64,000 nucleotides of DNA from a virus, in IMG/VR virus record IMGVR_UViG_3300009177_000720; one strand, written 5' to 3'. Positions 19,772 to 28,505 of the stretch are shown piece after piece. Both the position numbers and the translations under genes were made by a program. The notes beneath the pieces are model-generated. The model was given only the letters and a program-made list of their open reading frames with translations, was not told the origin of the DNA and searched no databases. The number at the start of each line of letters is the position of its first letter. The stretch's first letter is position 1.

Positions 19772-21504
19772 TAGCTTGATCGTAAATCAAACGCCCTTCC
19801 GAATGGAGGATTGAAGGAGCTTCCACTTGTAATCAACCAAATTACATCCTTGCCCGGATGTTTCATTTCTGCTACATCTGTATCAAGCAAGTAACCGTCA
19901 GTGATAACAATTAAGAAGTCACAATCACCAATATTCTGTTCATAATCAGTAAAGAACTCAGCGTACTTAGTTCCGCCTCGTCCAAAGATTTTCACTTTAG
20001 CTAACTCTTCAAAATTAGCTTTCTTGATTTTAGTAGCCTTGTCCCAATAGATGGTGGCGTCAGCCGGCACGATAGTGCCTTCAGAGCGCTCGTCTAATGC
20101 AGACAATTGAGAGAGACCAAAAGCCATATCCTCTTTGCTCATAGAGCCGCTGGTATCTAACAAACAACCAAAATGTGCATAATAGTTTTTACGCTTTGGA
20201 ACCAATAGTCCGGTGAACATTGGACGTGTTCTGAATCTGGTCCAATCATTTCGACCATTACCAGCTCTTGCTTTAAGCAATCTGGTTCTAATGATATCCT
20301 GCCAAGTTACCTTAGGAGCAGTTAGTTTACCAAGTTCGTCTTCAAGTGCGCCCGGAACATAACCTGCCATTTTCTTAGCAGCTTCCATAGCGTCAGAGAT
20401 TCTCTTAGCAAGTTTCTCTTCTGACTCCTCAGTGTCCATATGGTCGTCTAATGTAGACCCGAATCCGAAAATGTCGAACCCGCCCCCACATTCGTCACAG
20501 CAACCCTTGCCTTGTCCCGGAGAATTCTGGCCCTGGTCCTGTCCACCCTGTCCCCCTGTCCCCTGGTCCTGTCCCTGATGATTCGGGCAGTTACAAGGTT
20601 GGCCATCACCATGGTCATGTTGATCCTGTTGGTCCTGATCTTGCCCTTGTCCCTTGGACTGTTGCTTATCCTTACCTTTACCTTGGGTGTCGTCTTTGTC
20701 CTGACCTTTACCCTTATTTTTATCCTTACCTTTACCCTTGTTCTGGTTTGGCATCTTATAAATGCCGATACGACCACACTTCGGGCACTTGGGTAGGAGG
20801 TTGTAAAGAAAATCATAAATCTTCTCTGGACGCTTCATCTCCTCATCCAAATCAGGATCTGCATAGTAGAACTTCTGAACTTTTTCTCTACGCTCTAATT
20901 CCTTTAGTTCTTTTGGAGTCAGTTCCCTATCTTCATTAGGAGCTGGCAAATTAACGGAAGGATCTGCTACATCTTCTGCACCAGGCTTCAAATCCTCGAA
21001 TCCCTTGACAGGAGCAAAAGGATTTTTTAACATCTCAGCGTATTGGTTGAGAGTCATGTACTTGCCCAAGTGTTTAGTGAACATATCCTTGGGATCCATT
21101 TTGCGAGCTTTGAAGTCATCCATAACAGTACCATTGACGATAAAGTCAACGGCAATGTTCCAAAGCTTAGGTAACCTTGATCCTCTTCTTTGAGGATGCA
21201 TATAGATGGCGTGCCAAGCTTCGTGACCGCAAATGATGCGCAAACCAATTCTGGATTGTTTGAGAACGAACTTAGGGTTCCAGTAATATCTTTTGCCATC
21301 TGTAGCGGCCGTTGGCATGTTCAAAGTACAAACATGCTCCACCGGATACATTAGACCAAAGATAAGGGGATCTCCACCCATACCGGTTCCAACGTGTTCG
21401 TTGTTATAACGAGTGCCAAGCTCAAGAAATACTTGAGATAATTTCTCTTCCGCCTGGTGCACTAGTTTAGGATCAATTTTACCTATTACTCTGGAAAATT
21501 TCAT
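19771..21504 (-). CDS. DUF2201-type metallopeptidase-like + VWA domain protein (MoxR partner)
   Basis: TAATDG, HEAWH, WNIAVD; MIDAS DTSGS, GRGGT, ITDG; G/Q/K/D-rich linker. Confidence 0.88.
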   Translation of the reverse strand: MKFSRVIGKIDPKLVHQAEEKLSQVFLELGTRYNNEHVGTGMGGDPLIFGLMYPVEHVCTLNMPTAATDGKRYYWNPKFVLKQSRIGLRIICGHEAWHAIYMHPQRRGSRLPKLWNIAVDFIVNGTVMDDFKARKMDPKDMFTKHLGKYMTLNQYAEMLKNPFAPVKGFEDLKPGAEDVADPSVNLPAPNEDRELTPKELKELERREKVQKFYYADPDLDEEMKRPEKIYDFLYNLLPKCPKCGRIGIYKMPNQNKGKGKDKNKGKGQDKDDTQGKGKDKQQSKGQGQDQDQQDQHDHGDGQPCNCPNHQGQDQGTGGQGGQDQGQNSPGQGKGCCDECGGGFDIFGFGSTLDDHMDTEESEEKLAKRISDAMEAAKKMAGYVPGALEDELGKLTAPKVTWQDIIRTRLLKARAGNGRNDWTRFRTRPMFTGLLVPKRKNYYAHFGCLLDTSGSMSKEDMAFGLSQLSALDERSEGTIVPADATIYWDKATKIKKANFEELAKVKIFGRGGTKYAEFFTDYEQNIGDCDFLIVITDGYLLDTDVAEMKHPGKDVIWLITSGSSFNPPFGRAFDLRSS

Positions 21505-21545
21505 TTAGACTCCAATACTTATATATCCTTTTAGAAATAGGTATT

Positions 21546-22670
21546 TCAGTCGTCAACTTGCTTATTGATCTTATTAAGGACCTGCTCCCAATCTGGGTGC
21601 TCATCTAGATTGAACTTGACGAGACGATCAATCTGAATTTGGCTTCTAACGGCCACCAAAACGTTCTCATAAGAAACCTTCTGTAAGAACTTGCCAACGT
21701 GCTTAATAGATGGCGGGGGCTCGTTTTCATTGGCCTGATCAAGCTGAGTAGCCAATCGAGCACAAGTAATCATGCAGGCAACCAATCTCTTGGTTGGTTC
21801 CAACACGTTGTACTTGGAAGAAACGTCCTTACCTTGATAGACTTCCTCAATCATAGGAAGTAGTTGCTGATAGTGTTCATAGTAGTTAGAGTACTTGATA
21901 CCAGCATCCTTACCAACGCAACCGCAAACCTTCTTATTGAGGAGATTGGTGCTCCAGCCACGCTCTTCACCCTTGTAGAGGATTTCAGAGGCCCTGAACC
22001 AACCACGAGGAGAAGGATCGGCATAACGGTCTTCCGGATCAACTGCACCGAACAAATCCTTTGGATGGTCAGTGATGTAGGCCGTAATAGAAGGATGGAT
22101 GTGTCCAGACTTACCAGCCCACTCCAACCAGGAAGTAGCATCAGCCTCAACCAAATACTTCTCAGCACGGTCAAGTAGTGGCAAGCTAGGTCTTGCGCCG
22201 CCTTCAGAGATTAAGTTACCAGTCATGATAACTGCTTGAAGGTTTTCAAGTTTTCTGCCGTTGATAGAACGGAATTGCGTGAACTCAAGAAGAGGTGCCC
22301 ACAAACTTGGGTCAGCCTTATCTACTTCGTCTAGAAGCGCAACCACCTTCTTCTTGCCTTCAAGCATCGGCTCGTAGAATTGGGGAAGCAAAAAATCAAC
22401 GAATTTCTTCTGTTGAGTAGATGCCATAATGTTTGGATAGCCGCCAAGGTCAACTCTCTCCATAACGGAAAGGTTGATGTAAACCTCGTGCATATCTGCT
22501 TTCTTGATTTCCTGCTTGGAAATTTCGGTCTTACCCGTCCCTCTTCGTCCAAAGATGGCGATATTGCCACCAACTTGGATAGAGGATCCGACGTGTTCCG
22601 ATAAATCCTTCGTATTCAATTTCTCCAGATTGAAATCTGAAGTGGTCATAGTCTGTTGTTGAGTCGCCAT
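21546..22670 (-). CDS. MoxR-like AAA+ ATPase (paralog 2)
   Basis: GRRGTGKT, LLDEVDKA, PSPRGW; directly upstream of VWA gene. Confidence 0.88.
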   Translation of the reverse strand: MATQQQTMTTSDFNLEKLNTKDLSEHVGSSIQVGGNIAIFGRRGTGKTEISKQEIKKADMHEVYINLSVMERVDLGGYPNIMASTQQKKFVDFLLPQFYEPMLEGKKKVVALLDEVDKADPSLWAPLLEFTQFRSINGRKLENLQAVIMTGNLISEGGARPSLPLLDRAEKYLVEADATSWLEWAGKSGHIHPSITAYITDHPKDLFGAVDPEDRYADPSPRGWFRASEILYKGEERGWSTNLLNKKVCGCVGKDAGIKYSNYYEHYQQLLPMIEEVYQGKDVSSKYNVLEPTKRLVACMITCARLATQLDQANENEPPPSIKHVGKFLQKVSYENVLVAVRSQIQIDRLVKFNLDEHPDWEQVLNKINKQVDD

Positions 22671-22701
22671 ATGTTTTCTCCAATAAGAGGAATCACACAG
22701 C

Positions 22702-22729
22702 AATATACGAACGAATCAGGCAGAGTCAA
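22702..22729 (-). promoter_or_regulatory. sigma70-like promoter TTGACT-N16-TATATT
   Basis: Intergenic, upstream of the MoxR-VWA operon. Confidence 0.65.
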
Positions 22730-22740
22730 CGACTAACTAT

Positions 22741-23145
22741 TCAAGAAAATACTACGTAAGTCTTTAATTTTTTGTACAATTTATTTTTGTTAGAAAAATC
22801 GACGGGAAAGGCCGGAATGAAATTATCAGGATTTTTTCCCACTGACCAATTGACATAAAGAAATTCTTTTCCACCAATTGAATAGCCGGAGCTATATCTA
22901 TTGAGAACAACAATGTCTTTACAAGTGAAGACAAAAGATAGATATCTGAATTCACCAGCATCATCAATCCAATGAATTTCAAATATCTCTTTACATTTTC
23001 TACATGTCAAAATTTCTAATTCATAATAAAGATTAGAAATGCCAGCAGGAAAAAATCCATCGTGTTTGAAATCACAATCAGAATTGCAATATAAGCATTT
23101 AGGATCTTCCCTGTCAATCAATTCATGCATCATAATCAATTTCAA
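22741..23145 (-). CDS. hypothetical Zn-ribbon protein
   Basis: CLYC...CRKC; carries the shared C-terminal motif. Confidence 0.65.
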   Translation of the reverse strand: MKLIMMHELIDREDPKCLYCNSDCDFKHDGFFPAGISNLYYELEILTCRKCKEIFEIHWIDDAGEFRYLSFVFTCKDIVVLNRYSSGYSIGGKEFLYVNWSVGKNPDNFIPAFPVDFSNKNKLYKKLKTYVVFS

Positions 23146-23419
23146 ATTCTAGCTGATTGTTTTTATAAGCATCAAGCACTTCTTGGTGCACTGCCCATGG
23201 TTCATGTCCGAAAGACAAAGATCCAGCGGTAAACTGAATTCTTGCAGCTATCTCTGGAGGACACCCCAAAGAAAGCAAAGACTCGGCCAACCACATACCA
23301 GCATACATAACTTCTCGAATAACAGCCATTTTCTTAACTGGCTCTGGAACAAGGTCATCATTGTCAATGATATTGTCCCATCTGGAAATATCTTCATTAG
23401 AAACAGATTCAGGTCTCAT
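23123..23419 (-). CDS. hypothetical protein
   Basis: ORF. Confidence 0.6.
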   Translation of the reverse strand: MRPESVSNEDISRWDNIIDNDDLVPEPVKKMAVIREVMYAGMWLAESLLSLGCPPEIAARIQFTAGSLSFGHEPWAVHQEVLDAYKNNQLEFEIDYDA

Positions 23420-24623
23420 TATTTGTCCTAAAGGTAAATCGACTAAATTTTTTCTTTCCTTTTCTAATAGTTAGATCCGTCCCAAATTCAGAACGAGTCA
23501 CTACCAAAAGAGGATTAGAAACCACTTGGTCATTAATAGAAATTCCGTTACCGCTAATAAGATGACGGCCATCTGTTCGAGACTTAGCAAATCCATTTTG
23601 GACCAGTAAGTCTAAAAGCTGAATGCCATCATCGATCTCAACGGCTTCAATAGTTGAGGTATCTTGTTGCTCAAACAAAGCTTCCGCCTGTTTGAGAGCT
23701 TCCTCCGCTAACTCTTTCCCATGAACTATCTTGGTAATTTCAAGTGCTAAACGTTTCTTAGCCGCATTGATATTACCCACGCAATCCATTTCCAATGAAT
23801 TAATCTCATCCATAGAAAGAAATGTTAACATTTTGAAACACTTCAAAACGTCAGCATCAGGTAGGTTGCGCCAGAACTGAAAAAAGTCAAACACAGTTGT
23901 TTTGTTTGGATCTAGCCAAACAGCTCCCTTTTCAGTCTTGCCCATTTTCTGGCCCGCCGAATTGGTCAGCAAAGGAATGGTGAGTCCGAAAACTTCCTTT
24001 CCCTTAACTTTATGAACCAAATCAATACCAGCCAAAATGTTGGACCACTGGTCATCTCCGCCCAACTGAAGGGTGCAATTCTCCCATTCGTTGAGCTTAA
24101 GGAAGTCAGTGGCTTGCATAATCATGTAATTGAATTCCATGAAGGACAAACCATGCTCCATACGAGATTTGAAACATTCCGCCCTCAACATATTGTTAAC
24201 GGAGAAATGAGGTCCAACCATTCGTAGCATCTCTAGAAAGCCAAGTCCGCTAAACCACATCATGTTGTTGATGGAGGTGAAAGCACCTGGCCAATTGAGA
24301 ATCTTATGGATTTGAGTTTCAATGTCCGAAGAATTAACTCGAACATCCGAGAAAGACAGCATCTTTCTCATCTCGCTTTTGCCGGTAGGGTCGCCAATCA
24401 TGGCCGTAGCCCCTCCAATCAAAATTATACAATTGTGCCCGGCTTCGATTAGGCGCTGGGCCGTCACCAACTGCAAAAGATGTCCTACGTGAAGGCTCTC
24501 CGCAGTGGGGTCAAATCCAATGTAAAAGGTAACTTCTCCATCATTGAGAAGGGAACGGATCTTCTCTGTGTTGGTTGTCTGTTTGACCAGCCCACGCAAT
24601 TCTAATTGTTCAAATAATCCCAT
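23409..24623 (-). CDS. tyrS: tyrosine--tRNA ligase
   Basis: YIGFDPTAESLHVGH, QLGGDDQWSNI, KMGKT, C-terminal S4 domain. Confidence 0.97.
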   Translation of the reverse strand: MGLFEQLELRGLVKQTTNTEKIRSLLNDGEVTFYIGFDPTAESLHVGHLLQLVTAQRLIEAGHNCIILIGGATAMIGDPTGKSEMRKMLSFSDVRVNSSDIETQIHKILNWPGAFTSINNMMWFSGLGFLEMLRMVGPHFSVNNMLRAECFKSRMEHGLSFMEFNYMIMQATDFLKLNEWENCTLQLGGDDQWSNILAGIDLVHKVKGKEVFGLTIPLLTNSAGQKMGKTEKGAVWLDPNKTTVFDFFQFWRNLPDADVLKCFKMLTFLSMDEINSLEMDCVGNINAAKKRLALEITKIVHGKELAEEALKQAEALFEQQDTSTIEAVEIDDGIQLLDLLVQNGFAKSRTDGRHLISGNGISINDQVVSNPLLVVTRSEFGTDLTIRKGKKKFSRFTFRTNNET

Positions 24624-24631
24624 GACACATA

Positions 24632-24952
24632 TTACCAACTTACATCAATATAGAGCATTGTCCTTTGAGCATGTTCACTATACGCACTATCTTCATGAAC
24701 TTTAGAGCAAGTAAACCCATCATTAGAAAGTTTTTTTGCCAAAGCCTTAGCAGTCTGAGAATCGCTTAGATTATCATGATAGATCTTAATTGTATAAGAA
24801 CCACTTTTGGCAGCAGATTTTGCTTCTTTAATTACCTGAGCATAGACAGCGTCTACCTTAGTAGAATCATGTCTGTCATTAATTTCGTTAGCTTGGGTAC
24901 GCAATTGCTCCGCCAATGAAGGCTGGCTATACATAGTTCTTGTTCCGCCCAT
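24632..24952 (-). CDS. hypothetical protein
   Basis: ORF. Confidence 0.6.
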   Translation of the reverse strand: MGGTRTMYSQPSLAEQLRTQANEINDRHDSTKVDAVYAQVIKEAKSAAKSGSYTIKIYHDNLSDSQTAKALAKKLSNDGFTCSKVHEDSAYSEHAQRTMLYIDVSW

Positions 24953-24955
24953 GAC

Positions 24956-25249
24956 TTACTCCTCATTTGCAATCTTCAATAAAATATCGCCATGACAATC
25001 CAATGGTTTGCAATGACAGCCTAAAATTTTCCCTTTAAGTTCTTTCTTTGCGGCTTCCATTAGTTTGGCGTCAGCACGAATATATTCCTCGTACAATCTA
25101 ATGGCGTCTTCACGGCTGTCAACCGGCCATGGAGCGGCGCCTGGAATGTGGGAGTAAGGGTTACCCCATTTGGAAGGTCTGCCAATATAGACATCATAGG
25201 GTTCGACTTTACAGTGAACTACTCTTGGTACTTTAGGAGTATTAGTCAT
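24956..25249 (-). CDS. DUF4326 domain protein
   Basis: YDVYIGRPSKWGNPY, LKGKILGCHCKPLDCHGDIL. Confidence 0.85.
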   Translation of the reverse strand: MTNTPKVPRVVHCKVEPYDVYIGRPSKWGNPYSHIPGAAPWPVDSREDAIRLYEEYIRADAKLMEAAKKELKGKILGCHCKPLDCHGDILLKIANEE

Positions 25250-25260
25250 TTCTAATCTAC

Positions 25261-25286
25261 AAATAAAAATAGCCCCTTGCGGGGCT
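25261..25286 (-). terminator. intrinsic terminator of the tRNA operon
   Basis: AGCCCC-GCAA-GGGGCT hairpin followed by ATTTTTATTT on the minus strand. Confidence 0.8.
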
Positions 25287-25289
25287 TTG

Positions 25290-25364
25290 TGGCATGCCTG
25301 GAGGGACTCGAACCCACATGAAGCACCTTCGTAGGGTGCTGCCTATCCATTAGACTACAGGCAC
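25290..25364 (-). tRNA. tRNA-Arg(ACG)
   Basis: Cloverleaf; anticodon arm GCACC-CTACGAA-GGTGC; GTTCGAG; CCA encoded. Confidence 0.9.
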
Positions 25365-25371
25365 ATAACTT

Positions 25372-25446
25372 TGGCATCCCCAACAGGAATCGAACCTGTA
25401 CTGATTGTTTCGAAGACAATCGTGATATCCTTTTCACTATAGGGAC
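25372..25446 (-). tRNA. tRNA-Arg(TCG)
   Basis: ATTGT-CTTCGAA-ACAAT; GTTCGATT; CCA. Confidence 0.9.
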
Positions 25447-25451
25447 ATATC

Positions 25452-25528
25452 TGGCGTGCCTGGAGGGATTCGAACCTTCAACCTTCGGTTTCGTAGACCG
25501 ATGCTCTATCCAGTTGAGCTACAGGCAC
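25452..25528 (-). tRNA. tRNA-Arg(ACG)
   Basis: TCGGT-CTACGAA-ACCGA; GTTCGAAT; CCA. Confidence 0.93.
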
Positions 25529-25538
25529 ATAAACTTTC

Positions 25539-25613
25539 TGGCACCGCTGGCAGGATTCGAACCTGCATAATTCTGTTTAGAAGACAGACGCCTATCCCTT
25601 AGACTACAGCGGC
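25539..25613 (-). tRNA. tRNA-Arg(TCT)
   Basis: TCTGT-CTTCTAA-ACAGA; GTTCGAAT; CCA. Confidence 0.9.
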
Positions 25614-25624
25614 ATAAACTTACT

Positions 25625-25701
25625 TGGCATGCTTGGAGGGACTCGAACCCCCAACTTACTGCTTAGAAGGCAGCATTTCTATCCAATTGAATTACAAGCA
25701 C
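25625..25701 (-). tRNA. tRNA-Arg(TCT)
   Basis: GCTGC-CTTCTAA-GCAGT; GTTCGAGT; CCA. Confidence 0.9.
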
Positions 25702-25712
25702 ATAAACTTACT

Positions 25713-25787
25713 TGGCGACCCTACGGGGATTCGAACCCCGATTCTCAGCGTGAGAGGCTGGCGTCCTAACCATTAGACGATAGGGCC
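25713..25787 (-). tRNA. tRNA-Glu(CTC)
   Basis: CAGC-CTCTCAC-GCTG; GTTCGAAT; CCA. Confidence 0.92.
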
Positions 25788-25821
25788 AATTGTGTCTTCA
25801 TATATCAAGTTATTACCTGAT

Positions 25822-25896
25822 TGGTGACCCCTGCGGGTATCGATCCCGCTTTGCCAGGGTGAAAACCTGGAGACTTAGCCAGTGGTCGAAGGGGCC
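25822..25896 (-). tRNA. tRNA-Glu(TTC), atypical T-loop
   Basis: CCAGG-TTTTCAC-CCTGG; T-loop ATCGATA; CCA. Confidence 0.8.
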
Positions 25897-25899
25897 ATT

Positions 25900-25975
25900 T
25901 GGGGTGTACGACGGGTGCCGCCCCCGCTTTAGCTGATTCACAGTCAGCCATCATTACTGAATGACAACGTACACC
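25900..25975 (-). tRNA. tRNA-His(GTG), atypical T-loop, G-1 encoded
   Basis: GCTGA-CTGTGAA-TCAGC; acceptor G-GTGTACG/CGTACAC-C-CCA; T-loop GGCGGCA. Confidence 0.75.
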
Positions 25976-25985
25976 ATAACTTACT

Positions 25986-26062
25986 TGGGGTGATCGGCCG
26001 GATTCGAACCGAGCTTTTCCGGGGTCACAGACCGGAATCATTACCAAATGAAAACGAACACC
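25986..26062 (-). tRNA. tRNA-His(GTG), G-1 encoded
   Basis: CCGGT-CTGTGAC-CCCGG; GTTCGAAT; C73-CCA. Confidence 0.8.
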
Positions 26063-26099
26063 ATTTAATGGCAATAATAATGCTTAATTAGTAGTAGGT

Positions 26100-26127
26100 A
26101 TTATAACACTGCCTGCGAGGCTGTCAA
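26100..26127 (-). promoter_or_regulatory. consensus sigma70 promoter TTGACA-N16-TATAAT with extended -10, driving the tRNA array
   Basis: Perfect hexamers plus TGn, about 40 nt upstream of the first tRNA. Confidence 0.85.
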
Positions 26128-26140
26128 ATAAAAACTTTAA

Positions 26141-26929
26141 GTGAGCGAAATTATGTGCTTTAAAAAATTTTGGAATTGGTTAACCGGCAAGTCATCCACC
26201 GCAACTCCTCCGCCAGTAAACCTTGGTCCAGATGGAAATATGTTAATTGTAGTTATTAACAAATCCGCCATTATTTCTAATGATGAAGTTAAATTAATGA
26301 CTTTAGGAGTTGCTAAACAGGCCCGTGAACAGGCCGCCCCTATTTGGGACATGAAGCCTCCAAAGGTAGAGTTTAGAGATTCAGAAGCCGTTACCGAAGC
26401 GAGCGCCTTCAAAATTTTGATTTTTGATGATGCTGATGTGGCTGGTGCTCTTGGCTATCACTCTGATGGTCCTGATGGATTACCATATGGTCGTGTTTTT
26501 GTTAAGATAACTCAGGAACATCACCTCTCCGTTTCGGGAGTTTTGTCCCATGAAGTTCTTGAACTTATGATGGACCCTCAAGCTAATTATTGGGCTGACA
26601 ACTGGCAAGACGGTTTAACCTATGCTTTGGAGGTTGCTGATCCTGTTGAAAGCGACCACTATATCGTTGATGTTGATGGAAAAAGTGTAGAAGTTTCTAA
26701 CTTCGTGCTTCCAGCCTGGTTCGATCCAAATCCTCCAGCCGGCTCAAGATTTGATTGGATGGGCAACCTAAATAAACCATTTGCTATGAATGCTGGTGGT
26801 TATGTTATTGTACGTGACCAAGGAAAAGATAGAACCGTATTTGGAGCTATGTTCCCTGAATGGAAGAAAGAATTAAAACTTAATTCTCCAAGTAGAACCA
26901 AGCGCCGCTGCGATAAGGGAGCCAAGTAA
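26141..26929 (+). CDS. hypothetical protein, possible zinc metalloenzyme
   Basis: 262-aa ORF; GYH, SHEVLE...DP, EVADPVE; exact start uncertain. Confidence 0.65.
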   Translation: MSEIMCFKKFWNWLTGKSSTATPPPVNLGPDGNMLIVVINKSAIISNDEVKLMTLGVAKQAREQAAPIWDMKPPKVEFRDSEAVTEASAFKILIFDDADVAGALGYHSDGPDGLPYGRVFVKITQEHHLSVSGVLSHEVLELMMDPQANYWADNWQDGLTYALEVADPVESDHYIVDVDGKSVEVSNFVLPAWFDPNPPAGSRFDWMGNLNKPFAMNAGGYVIVRDQGKDRTVFGAMFPEWKKELKLNSPSRTKRRCDKGAK

Positions 26930-27549
26930 TGTCTTACACATCCGATAAATTATTAGTTTTAGCTACTCAGTTTGAAGCGCTTGCTTCCGAATCTTTAGTT
27001 AAAGAAGCTAAGAAAAAGGAAACCAAGAAGCTAGATCCTAAAGCTAAAGTTCGTAATCGTGGAACCGCTTGTGTTCCAGCCGAATCGGCCAAGGACAAGA
27101 AAGACCACTTCCCAATTAACAACATTGACCAAGCACGTAATGCTTTGGCTCGTGTTCAACAGTATAGCAAAGTACCAGAGTGGTACAGTGGATCTTTGAA
27201 AGGTTTACAAGCTTTGGTAAGCCGTAAAGTTCATTCTAAGTACCCATCCATTGGAAAAGAGAAGAAGTCTTCTCTGTCTCCAGAGCTTGTTAAACGGGCC
27301 GCAACTCAAATCAAGTTTCAACCTGGTCAAGTTGACGGAATCATTACAACCATTGTTGAAATGATGTCACCAAAGCCAAAATATCATTATGATCCAAAGG
27401 GATCTACTATTGAGTTCTCTCCTGGTCAATTCCATCACTTTGTGAGAGAATTGAAGGCAGCTATTGACTCTGACATCTTTAGTGATGAAGAGAAAGCTGA
27501 GTTTCAGAGTACTCTAGATTATGTAATGAACCAATTGCCTTCTGCTTAA
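26929..27549 (+). CDS. hypothetical protein with DUF6582-like segment (possible virion protein)
   Basis: HFPINNIDQARNALAR; coupled to the upstream gene. Confidence 0.6.
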   Translation: MSYTSDKLLVLATQFEALASESLVKEAKKKETKKLDPKAKVRNRGTACVPAESAKDKKDHFPINNIDQARNALARVQQYSKVPEWYSGSLKGLQALVSRKVHSKYPSIGKEKKSSLSPELVKRAATQIKFQPGQVDGIITTIVEMMSPKPKYHYDPKGSTIEFSPGQFHHFVRELKAAIDSDIFSDEEKAEFQSTLDYVMNQLPSA

Positions 27550-27550
27550 T

Positions 27551-27634
27551 TGGTGGGATCGAAGGGACTTGAACCCTTAAACCGTGAGGTGCTGGCTTCT
27601 TAGACCAGTGCGTATGCCGTTCCGCCACGATCCC
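27551..27634 (-). tRNA. tRNA-Leu(AAG)
   Basis: CTGGT-CTAAGAA-GCCAG; long variable arm; A73-CCA. Confidence 0.88.
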
Positions 27635-27718
27635 ATTACAATCCAGAATGAAAAGTCTTTACCCTTTTATTCCTAGCCGTCAGAGTGTAAAGAGCAACTC
27701 ATCAGACTACTGATTGTT

Positions 27719-27802
27719 TGGTGCGATCGGAGAGACTCGAACTCTCACGCCGTGAGGCACTGGCTTCTAAGACCAGCGTGTCTGCCATTCCACCACGATC
27801 GC
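27719..27802 (-). tRNA. tRNA-Leu(TAG)
   Basis: CTGGT-CTTAGAA-GCCAG; long variable arm; CCA. Confidence 0.92.
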
Positions 27803-27843
27803 ATTGGGGTGCTGACGTATATATCAGCTTATTCCCATATTAA

Positions 27844-28305
27844 TTATAAATGTTTTGGTTCCAGATGTTGGAAATTATCGTAAAATCTATAGCTTGGACC
27901 ATCATGCGGACAAACGCACAATCGGTCATCACCAGCCTTAGAACGGGCGACTTGTAACAGACGAGAAGCAATTCCGCGTTTTCGATACCAAGGATGAACA
28001 TAAACCTGAAACATCATTCCATCTTCGGGGCTAAATCCATTATCGGAATGAATGAAAACAAAGTCACTTTCTTCTTTTGAAAGAAGCGCCCAACCTACTA
28101 AGGAATCCAAAGTATTCGCAGTTAGGATTAATGCACCAACACTCCTTGTTTGAGAGATTCGAGCAAAAGAATCTAACTCATGATTCATACCCGAGGTAGG
28201 TTCAAGGGTTAGCTGTCGTAGGTTCTGTAGCATGCCAGGAATGGCTGCGACACTATCATAACCATCAACTGCAATTGTCAAGTCAGAATAATTATATAAA
28301 TTCAT
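27844..28305 (-). CDS. GNAT family acetyltransferase
   Basis: VYVHPWYRKRGIASRLL acetyl-CoA-binding motif A. Confidence 0.8.
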   Translation of the reverse strand: MNLYNYSDLTIAVDGYDSVAAIPGMLQNLRQLTLEPTSGMNHELDSFARISQTRSVGALILTANTLDSLVGWALLSKEESDFVFIHSDNGFSPEDGMMFQVYVHPWYRKRGIASRLLQVARSKAGDDRLCVCPHDGPSYRFYDNFQHLEPKHL

Positions 28306-28406
28306 AGAAGTCGATCTAACAAAATGGTTAGAAACTTATAAAAACAAAGTGCGACAATTATAATAAAAATAATGGAAGCGGTAAAGAAGCCGAATGCAAA
28401 ATCCAT
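28302..28406 (-). CDS. small membrane peptide (34 aa, not in ORF track)
   Basis: Hand-translated MDFAFGFFTASIIFIIIVALCFYKFLTILLDRLL; ATGA overlap with the GNAT start. Confidence 0.5.
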   Translation of the reverse strand: MDFAFGFFTASIIFIIIVALCFYKFLTILLDRLL

Positions 28407-28419
28407 ATAACTTACTCTT

Positions 28420-28505
28420 TGGTGCCGAAGGAGGGACTCGAACCCTCACGCCCTTGCGGGCAACAGTTTTTGAGACTGCCGTGTCTGCCATTCCACCACT
28501 TCGGC
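28420..28505 (-). tRNA. tRNA-Leu(CAA)
   Basis: GCAGT-CTCAAAA-ACTGT; long variable arm; CCA. Confidence 0.93.

Noticed and set aside
20500-20750. Tandem DNA repeat in the VWA gene
   Set aside because: Low-complexity G/Q/K/D coding linker, not a discrete repeat element
25290-26062. CRISPR-like periodic repeats
   Set aside because: The periodicity comes from tandem tRNAs and short similar spacers, not identical direct repeats
25252-26074. ORFs 25252..25437 and 25805..26074
   Set aside because: They overlap tRNA genes
27690-27712. Hammerhead ribozyme (CTGATGAG on the minus strand)
   Set aside because: No GAAA core after a stem II and no cleavage-site helix
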